Made by a program: the position numbers and the translations under genes. The notes under the pieces were generated by a model, which saw nothing but the letters and a program-made list of their open reading frames with translations, was not told the origin of the DNA and did not search any database. From positions 1 through 62,388 of the forward strand of contig CAVFUK010000091.1 in the NCBI GenBank assembly GCA_963625535.1: DNA of 62,388 nt, in the 5' to 3' direction. Shown here piece by piece: positions 9,916 through 19,709 of this stretch. The stretch's first letter is position 1. Each line of letters opens with the position of its first letter. The stretch comes from Anaerovoracaceae bacterium. Lineage in GTDB: Bacteria; Bacteroidota; Bacteroidia; Bacteroidales; Bacteroidaceae.

Positions 9916-9938
9916 AGACTGTTAATTCTTTAATGTGA

Positions 9939-12900
9939 TTAGAATGCCAAGTTAACACCAAATGTATAGGTTCTTGCCTTCGGATAAGACTCGTAGTCGA
10001 AGTTCGGAGTGGGGAAACCATTGCCACTGGCATCGCTGTTGGTGTTGACATCCGGGTCGATACCGGAGTAACCGGTGAGGCAGAAGAGGTTAGATCCAGT
10101 GAAGTAGATACGTGCATTCTGCAAACCTACTTTCTTCACCCAGTTCTTCGGGAAGGTGTAACCTACAGTCAAGGTGTTCAGACGGAGGTAAGAAGCATCC
10201 TCGATGAACTCTGAGCTAACGATACCATACTCAGAGAAGAAAGAGGCATATTTAGTGTTCGCGTTCAACTTAGCCAAAGCGTCGGGATCTGTTACGAACA
10301 CCAAGTCGCCATTGCTGTCAATGTCGTAGTACTTGTAGCACTGAGAAGTGAATGCCAAACGGTTGCGACCAGCGTCGTTATCCTTGTTACCCATCATAGA
10401 GAGCATAGAGTTGGCATTGTAGATCTTACCACCAATCTGATAGGTGAAGCCGATAGAGAAGTCGAGTGACTTGTAGTTACCGATGATGTTCACACCACCA
10501 CTGTGTTTAGCCATAGCCTCACCGATGATAGTCTTATCGTCTACTGTAACGACACCGTCGCCAGTTGTATCAGCGAACTTAGGCATACCCGGAACAGCTG
10601 TCTGGCCGTCAGCAGCCATAGTTGAAGGGCCATAAGCAGGGTAGTTAACTACGCCCTGGATATCGGGCACACCCTCTTTCAGTGTATACTTCTTAGTTGT
10701 GGCATCGTAGGTGAAGTCATCGAGTGTGTAGTAACCCAAAGACTTGAAGCCCTGGATGGTACCTACGGGATGGCCCTCGCGGATGATGTAGTCGTAAGCA
10801 GGAACGGCCATAGATGAACCCCACTTGCCAGCGGCACGGGCGTCAGCCAAAGCATCGTCTCTCACGTCGTCTACATTATTCTTGTTGAAGTTGTAAGTCA
10901 AGTTCACACCCAAGTTGAAGTCTTTCTTGCGGAAGATGTCGAAACCGAGAGCCAACTCAAGACCCTTGTTAGAGGTTTGACCTACGTTCTGGAACTGATA
11001 GCTGAAACCAGAAGCGGCGTCGATAGGCACTTTCATCAAGATGTCCTTGGTAGTGTTCCAGTAGAAGTCCAAGCTACCACGAATCCAGTTGTTGAAGAAA
11101 CCGAAGTCGATACCGACGTTGCGGCTGACTGTGGTCTCCCATTTCAAGTCGGAGTTACCTTTCATGGTACCCGGTACGTAAGTTGTAACCTTGTTACCGT
11201 CTACCGTAATCTGCTCGGTACCCCAAGTCTCTTTCCAAAGAGAAGCGTCGATGTTATCGCTACCAGATGTACCGTAAGATACACGGAGTTTCAAGTTGTC
11301 CAACCACTCTTCTCTTGCTGACTCGAACCAATCCTCGTCAGAGATACGCCATGCAACAGCGGCTGCAGGGAAGTAACCCCAGTGATTGTTGGGAGCGAAC
11401 TTGGAAGAACCATCGGCACGGAACGTAGCGGTCAATAGGTACTTACCTTTATAAGAGTAGTTTGCACGGCCGAACCAAGAGAGTGTACGGCTCGGAGTAC
11501 CGATAGTAGCCTTGAAGTAATCTTTACCCAAAGAAGCGGTGGTCATGTTGATCATACCGAACGCATCCTTCATGGTAAACTCATCCGGATAACCGGCACC
11601 ATAGATTTCAGTAGAGTTGCTCTTAGATGCCAACACCTCGTTACCAGCCAAGAAAGAGAGGCTGTGGTCGTCGCCGAGGCCCTGAACCTCATAGTTCAAT
11701 GTGGTAGACCAACGGGTAGAGAAGCCGTCACCCTTGTTCCATTTAGCTGTACTGATATCGGTAGAAACCTGGCCACCATCCCATGTGCGGGTGTCAGTCC
11801 AGTTACGGCCGAGAGAGAGTTCAGACTTAGCGGTCAAACCTTTGATGATTTGCCATGTCAAACCAAACTTAGCGCGCAGGCGGTTGGTCTGTTTCTGATA
11901 GGCTACAGTATTCAAGTAGTAAATCGGGTTCTCAGAGTCTTCCATGTGAACGTCACCCTGGCCGAAGCCACTGGTAGCAGAAGAATCACCACCGATCTCG
12001 TCTACATATTCGGGATCGATAGGACGATAGCGGTAAGCAGAAGTAGCGTTACCGAATGCAGAACCCTTAATCATAGACTCCGTGTAGCGGAGGTCGATGT
12101 CTGCTGTCAAGTTCTTTGTGATCTTCTGGTTCAACTTGAAGTTGGCGTTCCAACGAGAGAAGCTTGATTTGCGACGGATACCCTCATCGTCTGTGTAATT
12201 GACAGATGCATAATAGGTAGTCTTGTCGTTACCACCGGAGAGAGACAAGTCGTGGTTCCAAGTAGAGGAGGTACGCATCAAGTCGTTGATGTAGTTGTGA
12301 GTCGGCACGTTCTTGTACGCCTCCATATGGTTACCATAGGTAGAGCCAAGACCGAAGTACTTAGCAACACCGTCGCCATAACCATAAGCAGTCATGTATG
12401 ACCACGTATTATATATGTAGTCATAAGCGTCTGTTACTTCCAGTGTCTCAGGGTTCTCCTTAATCTGATAGTACATGTTGTACTTCACAGACACGCGACC
12501 CTCTTTACCACCTTTTGTAGTTACCAAGATAACACCGTTAGCACCACGGGCACCGTAGATGGCTGTTGAAGCGGCATCCTTCAGCACGTCGATGCTCTCA
12601 ATGTTGTCAGCAGGGATATCGTCGATGCTGCTAACCTGCACACCATCCACGATGAACAACGGGTCGTTGCTCTGAGTGATAGAACCACCACCACGTACGC
12701 GGATAGACATGCTGGCACCCGGACGACCATCCTGTGCTGTAACGCTCACACCAGGAAGCTGGCCTTGCAGGGCCTGTGCCACGTTGGCAACCGGGTTGGC
12801 AACCAACTTGTCACCAGATACAGAGGCAACAGAACCGGTCAAGTCACGACGTTTCACCGTACCGTAACCGATAACGACCACCTCGTCCAAAGTCTTGTTG

Positions 12901-13202
12901 TCCTCTTTCAGCACAACGTCGATCTTTGTCTTGCTACCTACCTCAATCGTCTGGGACAGATAACCGATAAATGAAAATTGAAGTTTTGATTTGTTGGATG
13001 CTTGAAGAGTGTAATTACCATCGAAATCGGTCACTGCACCGACTGTGGTTCCCAACACTTGTACACTAACGCCAATCATCGGCTCACCGGCTACATCCTT
13101 CACGGTTCCGGAGATTTTTCGATCTTGTGCGCTAACTTGTACAGCAAGGAGAATAGTAAGCAACCAGACTATTCCCCCTTGTAACATTCTTTTACATTTC
13201 AT
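9939..13202 (-). CDS. SusC/RagA TonB-dependent transporter
   Basis: LDEVVVIGYG, IESIDVLKDAASTAIYGARGANGVILVTTK, LKWETT, EDASYLRL, C-terminal F; -7 box TACTTTTG at 13260-13267. Confidence 0.97.
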   Translation of the reverse strand: MKCKRMLQGGIVWLLTILLAVQVSAQDRKISGTVKDVAGEPMIGVSVQVLGTTVGAVTDFDGNYTLQASNKSKLQFSFIGYLSQTIEVGSKTKIDVVLKEDNKTLDEVVVIGYGTVKRRDLTGSVASVSGDKLVANPVANVAQALQGQLPGVSVTAQDGRPGASMSIRVRGGGSITQSNDPLFIVDGVQVSSIDDIPADNIESIDVLKDAASTAIYGARGANGVILVTTKGGKEGRVSVKYNMYYQIKENPETLEVTDAYDYIYNTWSYMTAYGYGDGVAKYFGLGSTYGNHMEAYKNVPTHNYINDLMRTSSTWNHDLSLSGGNDKTTYYASVNYTDDEGIRRKSSFSRWNANFKLNQKITKNLTADIDLRYTESMIKGSAFGNATSAYRYRPIDPEYVDEIGGDSSATSGFGQGDVHMEDSENPIYYLNTVAYQKQTNRLRAKFGLTWQIIKGLTAKSELSLGRNWTDTRTWDGGQVSTDISTAKWNKGDGFSTRWSTTLNYEVQGLGDDHSLSFLAGNEVLASKSNSTEIYGAGYPDEFTMKDAFGMINMTTASLGKDYFKATIGTPSRTLSWFGRANYSYKGKYLLTATFRADGSSKFAPNNHWGYFPAAAVAWRISDEDWFESAREEWLDNLKLRVSYGTSGSDNIDASLWKETWGTEQITVDGNKVTTYVPGTMKGNSDLKWETTVSRNVGIDFGFFNNWIRGSLDFYWNTTKDILMKVPIDAASGFSYQFQNVGQTSNKGLELALGFDIFRKKDFNLGVNLTYNFNKNNVDDVRDDALADARAAGKWGSSMAVPAYDYIIREGHPVGTIQGFKSLGYYTLDDFTYDATTKKYTLKEGVPDIQGVVNYPAYGPSTMAADGQTAVPGMPKFADTTGDGVVTVDDKTIIGEAMAKHSGGVNIIGNYKSLDFSIGFTYQIGGKIYNANSMLSMMGNKDNDAGRNRLAFTSQCYKYYDIDSNGDLVFVTDPDALAKLNANTKYASFFSEYGIVSSEFIEDASYLRLNTLTVGYTFPKNWVKKVGLQNARIYFTGSNLFCLTGYSGIDPDVNTNSDASGNGFPTPNFDYESYPKARTYTFGVNLAF

Positions 13203-13538
13203 AAGAAGTGCGTTTTTAAGTTAGTATTACATTAGGTTCGTTAACACGCTTAACGTGGCCAAAAGTATAGGTTTAATTTGTCAGTGGAAAGAGACACGGC
13301 GTTAAAAATACCAAATTAACAAAGTTAGGGCTACCCTAACTGCTCTGCAACATTGTCTGCTCCCGCACGGTGAACATAGCAAACAGGAGAGCTAGGAGTC
13401 ATCCTTCCGCCCATTTTTCTGCGCATTTGCGCACTTAATGAGCAGAAGCACAACTCCCGATGCGATTCGAAGCCATCGCCGCTGGCACCGTGTGTCTGTC
13501 CTCCCGACAAACATCCATCTGTTCCAGTGGCTATCAGC

Positions 13539-14090
13539 TCAGGCCCGTTTCATCTTTATCGACTTGATGGCGCAGTTGATGGCCTCAGCCTTTTCGTCCT
13601 TGAAGTACTTCACGTCCGTCACGGGAGAGTAGGCATAGGGGACGAACTCGAAGAGCTGCAGCCCGACGAACTGTCCGTCGGCCGAGCAGAGCACCTCCAT
13701 CTTCACGCAGCCATTGGAGACACTCTCGACAGGTTCTGTCAACGTGAAGTCGCCACTCTCGATGCAACGCTGCAGCGTCGGCTCGCTCTTCAAGTCGAAG
13801 AAGAGGACGCGTTGCTTCACCAGGCTCTCCGTGGGCAGGTAGACTTCCTTGCGCGAGCAGAAGCATACCCTAAATATGCCAACGGCCAAGAGCACGATGC
13901 CTATCACGAGGCAGAGCATGCTCCACGTCATATAACTCTCGCCCAGCACAAAGGCGATAATCAGTATCACTATACCCGCCTCGGCATACACCGATGACAG
14001 CAGTGCGGATTTCAGAATCAGTTTCTTTACAATATCGGGGTGCGAAGAGGTAAACAAGGTAAACCCTTCGGATGTCGTTTTCATTTGCAT
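13539..14090 (-). CDS. Hypothetical membrane protein with two TM helices
   Basis: 183-aa ORF with two hydrophobic helices then a soluble domain (FVGLQLFEFVPYAYSPVT); codon usage like neighbours. Confidence 0.75.
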   Translation of the reverse strand: MQMKTTSEGFTLFTSSHPDIVKKLILKSALLSSVYAEAGIVILIIAFVLGESYMTWSMLCLVIGIVLLAVGIFRVCFCSRKEVYLPTESLVKQRVLFFDLKSEPTLQRCIESGDFTLTEPVESVSNGCVKMEVLCSADGQFVGLQLFEFVPYAYSPVTDVKYFKDEKAEAINCAIKSIKMKRA

Positions 14091-14293
14091 AATGTGTCAT
14101 TTAATGATTTACGGTTGCGCCACACCACGGGCCACAGGCCAAACGCCTGCACAGGTCCGCACACGCTGGTCCATAGACCAGCGACATATGGCAAGAATGT
14201 TGAGCGGTCGTCAGACCGACGCACTCCTCCGGGGAGAAGAGCGCACTGCCCCACCCTCCAAGGAGAGAGCGAAGGCATTAACATCCGCAACTA

Positions 14294-14743
14294 CTAAATG
14301 ACGATGTGTCGCAACGTGTAGACATAGTAGGACCGATGCGACTTGGGGAGATGAGAGAATACGTGGTTATAGCGTTCACACCGCAGCGAGATGAGCGGTG
14401 CGTTCATGAGCGACATCCGGTAGAGGAGGTGGCGGAACGAGGTGGAGGTGCGCTGCGCATAGGTAGGGTTCACCTGCGTACGGCTGAAGCGGCCTACAAA
14501 ACTGAGCAAGCTGTTCTCGGTATCCACATCGAAGAAGATGGGCCAGCTGTCGCGGGGAGACTTCACCTCACCCTCTCCATCCAGGAGGAAGGCCGTAGGG
14601 AACGAAGCATCGTCCGTCAGAGATTGCGACGCAGAGAGGGCCACCTCCTCCAAGGTAGGCACAGCGCGGTCACAAACCCGGAGGCTTACCGTCCCTGCCA
14701 ACAAGAGTAGCAGGGAGCAAACAATTATGGCGACATGCTTCAT
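14294..14743 (-). CDS. Hypothetical exported/membrane-anchored protein, candidate regulatory leader ORF
   Basis: MKHVAIIVCSLLLLLAG signal/TM, C-terminus YYVYTLRHIVI*; own -7 box TATCTTTG at 14769-14776. Confidence 0.7.
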   Translation of the reverse strand: MKHVAIIVCSLLLLLAGTVSLRVCDRAVPTLEEVALSASQSLTDDASFPTAFLLDGEGEVKSPRDSWPIFFDVDTENSLLSFVGRFSRTQVNPTYAQRTSTSFRHLLYRMSLMNAPLISLRCERYNHVFSHLPKSHRSYYVYTLRHIVI

Positions 14744-14860
14744 TTCGAGTCTCTGTTTAATCTGTGGACAAAGATATAAAATATGAAACATACCGCCAAA
14801 TTCTTTACAATATTTACGTTTTATACCTTATACATTTAAATAGGTATAGGGAACGAACAC

Positions 14861-15952
14861 TTATCGGTTGACCGAACCAGCAGTCAAGTACCACTGGTAG
14901 AGGCGATGGATGCCCTCGTCTATCTCCACCTTATGATGCCAACCCAGGTTGTGGAGTTTGGTAACGTCGGTCAGCTTGCGCAGTGTGCCGTCCGGCTTCG
15001 AGGCATCCCAACGCAGTTCACCACGGAAGCCCACCTCGCGGACAATCTTCTCGGCGCACTCACGGATGGTGAGCTCCTTGCCGGTGCCCACATTGATGTG
15101 ACAGTTGCGCACCTCCTTGTTGCCCGGTTCGTAGGTATCCTTGAAGCTGACGTTGAGCAGCACGTGCACACTGGCATCGGCCATCTCTTCGCTCCAGAGG
15201 AACTCGCGCAGGGGCTTGCCCGTACCCCACAGGGTAACAGCCTCTGCAGAGATGCCATACTTAGCAAGGGTCTCTGTGATGAGAGACTCCGAGGCCTGTC
15301 CGTCCACACCCTCCACGGGGCGGAGGGAGAGGTCGTGACGCACGGCCTGCCAGTCACCTTCGCTCAAGCATTTGGCCAAGTGGATCTTCCGAATCATGGC
15401 GGGCAACACGTGGCTGTTCTCCAGATGGAAGTTGTCGTTGGGACCATAGAGGTTCGTAGGCATCACGGCGATGTAATCCGTGCCATACTGCAGATTGAAG
15501 CTCTCGCACATCTTCAGTCCGGCAATCTTGGCGATGGCATAGGGCTCGTTGGTGTATTCCAACGGGGAGGTGAGCAGGCACTCTTCCTTCATGGGCTGCG
15601 GAGCCTCGCGCGGATAGATGCAGGTGCTGCCCAGGAAGAGGAGCTTCTTCACCCCATGGCGATAGCTCTCGCCGATAACGTTCTGCTGTATCTGCAGATT
15701 CTGGTAGATAAAGTCCGCCCGGTAGCGCAGATTGGCCATGATACCACCCACATGGGCAGCCGCCAGCACCACAGCATCGGGCCGTTCTTGGTCGAAGAAG
15801 GCCTTCACGGCAGCGCCGTCGAGCAGGTCGAGCTCTTTGTGGCTACGGCCCACAAGGTTTTCATAGCCACGCTGCTTCAGGTTGTTCCAGATGGCGGAGC
15901 CCACCAATCCATGGTGTCCCGCCACATATATCTTCGCTGATTTGTCCAACAT
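14861..15952 (-). CDS. fcl: GDP-L-fucose synthase
   Basis: VAGHHGLVGSA, AAAHVGGI, FLGSTCIYP, YAIAK, MPTNLYGPNDNF, KPDGT; follows gmd. Confidence 0.97.
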   Translation of the reverse strand: MLDKSAKIYVAGHHGLVGSAIWNNLKQRGYENLVGRSHKELDLLDGAAVKAFFDQERPDAVVLAAAHVGGIMANLRYRADFIYQNLQIQQNVIGESYRHGVKKLLFLGSTCIYPREAPQPMKEECLLTSPLEYTNEPYAIAKIAGLKMCESFNLQYGTDYIAVMPTNLYGPNDNFHLENSHVLPAMIRKIHLAKCLSEGDWQAVRHDLSLRPVEGVDGQASESLITETLAKYGISAEAVTLWGTGKPLREFLWSEEMADASVHVLLNVSFKDTYEPGNKEVRNCHINVGTGKELTIRECAEKIVREVGFRGELRWDASKPDGTLRKLTDVTKLHNLGWHHKVEIDEGIHRLYQWYLTAGSVNR

Positions 15953-15955
15953 GGC

Positions 15956-17038
15956 TTAGTCCTCCATCTGAACTTTCAGGTGAATCTTCTTCACGAACTT
16001 CATGTCGTGCTCCACCATGATACGTACCAGTTCGGCGAACGGAGTCTTCGTAGGGTTCCATCCCAGCAGGGTCTTGGCCTTGGTGGGGTCGCCCAGCAAC
16101 TGCTCCACCTCGCAGGGGCGGAAGTATTTCGGGTCTACCTCTACCAGTGAGCGGCCGGTAGCCTTGTCGATACCTCTCTCGTTCACGCCCTCACCCTGCC
16201 ATTCGAGTTCGATGCCCAGGTAGCTGAACGCCAGTGTACAGAACTCGCGTACGGTGTGCATCTCGCCGGTAGCGATGACGAAGTCCTCGGGTTGGTCGTG
16301 CTGCAGGATGAGCCACATGCACTCCACGTAGTCCTTGGCATAGCCCCAGTCGCGCAGCGAGTTGAGGTTACCGAGGTAGAGTTTGTCCTGATAGCCCTGT
16401 TTGATGCGGGCTGCCGCCAGGGTAATCTTACGGGTGACGAAGGTCTCGCCACGGCGCTCGCTCTCGTGATTGAACAGGATGCCGTTGACGGCGAACATGC
16501 CATAGCTCTCGCGATAGTTCTTCGTAATCCAGAATCCATATTGCTTGGCTACGCCGTAGGGCGAGCGCGGATAGAAGGGGGTCGTCTCTTTCTGGGGAAC
16601 TTCCTGCACCTTGCCGAACAGTTCGGAGGTGGAAGCCTGATAGATGCGACAAGTGTGTTCCAGTCCACAGATGCGGACGGCTTCCAGCAGACGCAGTGTT
16701 CCTACCGCATCGGCCTCGGCCGTATACTCGGGTACGTCGAAGGACACCTTCACATGGCTCTGTGCAGCGAGGTTGTAGATCTCCGTCGGATGAATGTCGC
16801 TGATGATGCGTATGAGTGAGCTCGAGTCGGTCATGTCGCCATAGTGAAGATTGACCAACCGTGCCTTTTTCATGTCGCGCACCCATTCATCGAGATAGAG
16901 ATGCTCGATGCGTCCCGTGTTGAAGGAAGAAGAGCGGCGCAAAATGCCGTGAACCTCGTATCCTTTACTCAATAGAAACTCTGCCAAGAAGGATCCGTCT
17001 TGGCCTGTGATGCCTGAAATAAGTGCAACTTTCCTCAT
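15956..17038 (-). CDS. gmd: GDP-mannose 4,6-dehydratase
   Basis: [47 protein letters not shown]; -7 box TACCTTTG at 17124-17131. Confidence 0.98.
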   Translation of the reverse strand: MRKVALISGITGQDGSFLAEFLLSKGYEVHGILRRSSSFNTGRIEHLYLDEWVRDMKKARLVNLHYGDMTDSSSLIRIISDIHPTEIYNLAAQSHVKVSFDVPEYTAEADAVGTLRLLEAVRICGLEHTCRIYQASTSELFGKVQEVPQKETTPFYPRSPYGVAKQYGFWITKNYRESYGMFAVNGILFNHESERRGETFVTRKITLAAARIKQGYQDKLYLGNLNSLRDWGYAKDYVECMWLILQHDQPEDFVIATGEMHTVREFCTLAFSYLGIELEWQGEGVNERGIDKATGRSLVEVDPKYFRPCEVEQLLGDPTKAKTLLGWNPTKTPFAELVRIMVEHDMKFVKKIHLKVQMED

Positions 17039-17216
17039 TAGGTAATATGTTTTTAAGTTAGAAAATTCAGTCTCTTACGGTTGCCCGCCGACAGGCCCTC
17101 CAGCCCCTTCGGCATGCAGTTGGCAAAGGTAGTGATTATTACTTCCCCCTCCAAAAACTCTCAGTCTTTCTTTTCATCGCTTCCTTATAACCGGGATGTC
17201 CTATGACACATTCATC

Positions 17217-17255
17217 CTTTTGCAACCGCCGTTACAGTAACGGTGGTTGCAAAAG
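17217..17255. repeat. 39-bp near-perfect palindrome (REP-like)
   Basis: cttttgcaaccgccgttac-a-gtaacggtggttgcaaaag: 19-bp arms, one mismatch, 1-nt spacer. Confidence 0.8.
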
Positions 17256-17294
17256 CAGATACACTCTCCGGAAGGCGCATGAATGAAAACGAGC

Positions 17295-17341
17295 GCGGGC
17301 TGCATCGTGGACTCGAAGGGAAGTCCGGCAATGCAGCCCGC
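17295..17341 (-). terminator. Hairpin/terminator after GH2
   Basis: gcgggctgcat/atgcagcccgc stem 22 nt after the stop codon. Confidence 0.6.
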
Positions 17342-17362
17342 TTATAGATAAGTAAAGTATGA

Positions 17363-19423
17363 CTATTGCAAAGTCCAGGTACAGGTGTCGGTGAGGGTCT
17401 TCTTACCGCTCTTGCCTACCACCTTGATGACGTTCTCGCCCGGTGTGAGGGTGACATTCCACAGCATACGGTTGATGTCGTCCTTCTTGGCGGTACCTAT
17501 CTTCTTCTCGTTGATGTAGAGCGTGGCCTCCTTCAGGTTGCTGTAGACACGCACCTGGGTGTCGGCCTTCGTGCGCTTGATGAAGCGACGGCTGGTGATG
17601 TAGAGCATCGGCTCGGGGTTCCAGTTGGCCTTGTAGAAGTAGAACACATCCTTCTTCGTCTTGCGGTCGTAGGTGACGGAACCTTTGTCGTTGATGCCCG
17701 GCGTGTCGCCCTCGTTGCGGAAGAACGACTGCATGTCGGAGAACTGCCAGATGATCTTCGCCCACAGATAGGGACGCTGGGTGTAGGCTCTCCAGTAGCC
17801 TTCGTGGCAGATGGCCTGATGTTCCTCGGGGTGATAGCCGCCCTTCGCCACAAAGGCCGTGTCCAGCGGGTCCTCGTGCTGCAGGGGACTGCCTCCGGCT
17901 CCATACTCACTCACACCCACAGGCTGACCGTTGGCGGCAGCGTGCGCATTGTCGAAGAACTCGCCTGCCATCCGCTCGGACTTGGTCCAGCTGAAGTATT
18001 TGTTCCAGGCTATCAAGTCGCTGCATCCCAAGTAAGGCACTTGGTCCACGCAAGTGGCAAAGGTAGTGAGGCGCGAGGGGTCGAGTTGTTTATAGAGTGC
18101 GTTTATCTCCTTGACGAAAGCCACCGGGTTGTCATACTCCTGGAAGCGGTTGTTGTCGCTCAGCAACAGTTCGTTGAAGATACCCCAAAAGCAGATGGAG
18201 GGGTGGTTGAAGTTCTGGTAGACCAGCTCGCGAGCCACCTGACGGGCATTCTCCTCGAAGCCTTTATTGTGGAGGTAGCCGGTGTAGGCGTAGCCGCCAG
18301 GACCGCACATCGGAATCTCGGTCCACAGGAGGATGCCGTTCTTATCGCACAGGTCGTAGATGGGCTTACCGTGGGGATAGTGCGCCAAGCGCATCACCGT
18401 AGCGCCCACTTCGTTGATGAGTTCCATGTCGCGCTCATAGTCTTCCATGGTCAAGGCGCTGCCCTTTCCCTTCACATCCTCGTGGCGGTTGTAGCCATGC
18501 AGGTCGAGGAGCTTGCCGTTGAGGAAGAAGCCCTTGTCCGGGTCGGCTCGGAAGTAGCGGAAACCGGTGCGCTCTGTCACGCGGTCCATCAGCCTGCCGT
18601 TGTCGTAGAGCTCGGCGGTGACGGTGTAGAGGTAAGGATTCTGCTTGCCGTTCCACAGCGTAGGGTTCTTGAGGGTGAAGGGCTGCTTCACGTTCTCGCC
18701 CGTCACAGCCGTCTCTTGCTCTGCCACCCGGTTGCCGTCGAAGTCGGTGATAACGGTCTTCACGGTCATTCCCGCCTTCTGTTCTTTCAGTGAGAGGATA
18801 GTCTCCACGGTAATGTCGGCCTGTGTGTCGGTCACTTTATCTTGGTGTATCAGCAGACCGGAGGAGGCGTAGAAGAGGGGCGAGATGCAGTTCTTCTCAG
18901 TGACGATCAGATGGCAAGGGCGATGGAGTCCGCCATAGATGTTGAAGTCGCCACTGATGGGGAGCACATCGGTGCGGTAGGCATTGCTCACCCACACCTC
19001 CAGGTCGTTGGTGCCAGGGTGCACGTAGTCAGTTATCTCCAGGCAGAAGGCGGTGTAGCCACCCAGATGAGAGCCCACGGTGCGGTAGTTCACCATCACG
19101 TCGGCAGCGGAGTTAGCTCCTTCGAAGTAGAGGAAGAGGCGTTTATCCTTCATGGCGGAGGTCACGTTCAAGTCCCGTTTGTAGATCATCATCTCCCGGT
19201 TGTACTGGGTAGTGCCCTTCAGGTATTCGGCGTTCCACGTGTGGGGAAGCGTCACGGGCGTCAACGGAGCGTTGCGTTTGTTTACGGTGATAGGCTTGTA
19301 GCCCCATCCCTTGTCCAGGAGGACAGAGGAGCGCGGATTGTCGTTGCCCAAAGCGGATGCGCCACCCATAAGCCATACCAAGGCGGCACACAATGCAGCG
19401 AGTTTAGTTCTCTTGAGGTTCAT
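17363..19423 (-). CDS. Glycoside hydrolase family 2 (beta-galactosidase/beta-glucuronidase-like)
   Basis: LPHTWN, YFEGAN, GGYTAF, GYNRHED, RLAHYP, NHPSICFWGIFNE, VSEYGAG; start set at MNLKRTK (signal peptide). Confidence 0.9.
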   Translation of the reverse strand: MNLKRTKLAALCAALVWLMGGASALGNDNPRSSVLLDKGWGYKPITVNKRNAPLTPVTLPHTWNAEYLKGTTQYNREMMIYKRDLNVTSAMKDKRLFLYFEGANSAADVMVNYRTVGSHLGGYTAFCLEITDYVHPGTNDLEVWVSNAYRTDVLPISGDFNIYGGLHRPCHLIVTEKNCISPLFYASSGLLIHQDKVTDTQADITVETILSLKEQKAGMTVKTVITDFDGNRVAEQETAVTGENVKQPFTLKNPTLWNGKQNPYLYTVTAELYDNGRLMDRVTERTGFRYFRADPDKGFFLNGKLLDLHGYNRHEDVKGKGSALTMEDYERDMELINEVGATVMRLAHYPHGKPIYDLCDKNGILLWTEIPMCGPGGYAYTGYLHNKGFEENARQVARELVYQNFNHPSICFWGIFNELLLSDNNRFQEYDNPVAFVKEINALYKQLDPSRLTTFATCVDQVPYLGCSDLIAWNKYFSWTKSERMAGEFFDNAHAAANGQPVGVSEYGAGGSPLQHEDPLDTAFVAKGGYHPEEHQAICHEGYWRAYTQRPYLWAKIIWQFSDMQSFFRNEGDTPGINDKGSVTYDRKTKKDVFYFYKANWNPEPMLYITSRRFIKRTKADTQVRVYSNLKEATLYINEKKIGTAKKDDINRMLWNVTLTPGENVIKVVGKSGKKTLTDTCTWTLQ

Positions 19424-19709
19424 ACTGTTATAACTAATGATTCTTCGATGTCCGATGCCACCCCATTCGGACTGCCCGAAAGCATCGCCAATAAGGAGAA
19501 GCATACATTATTAAATACGAAAGTCGAGCCGGAAACACCTAGCGTATACTACGTTTCTTCACAAGAAAAGAACCATTTGGCACAACCTTTGTGCATTCAT
19601 GCTAAGGGGAGGAAGCTATTTTTTGCGACCTACCTTTCGGGACGAACCGAATAGTTTGGTACCTTTGCGTGCCGAAACAGCGTAGACAAACTTATAATAT
19701 CACACATAT

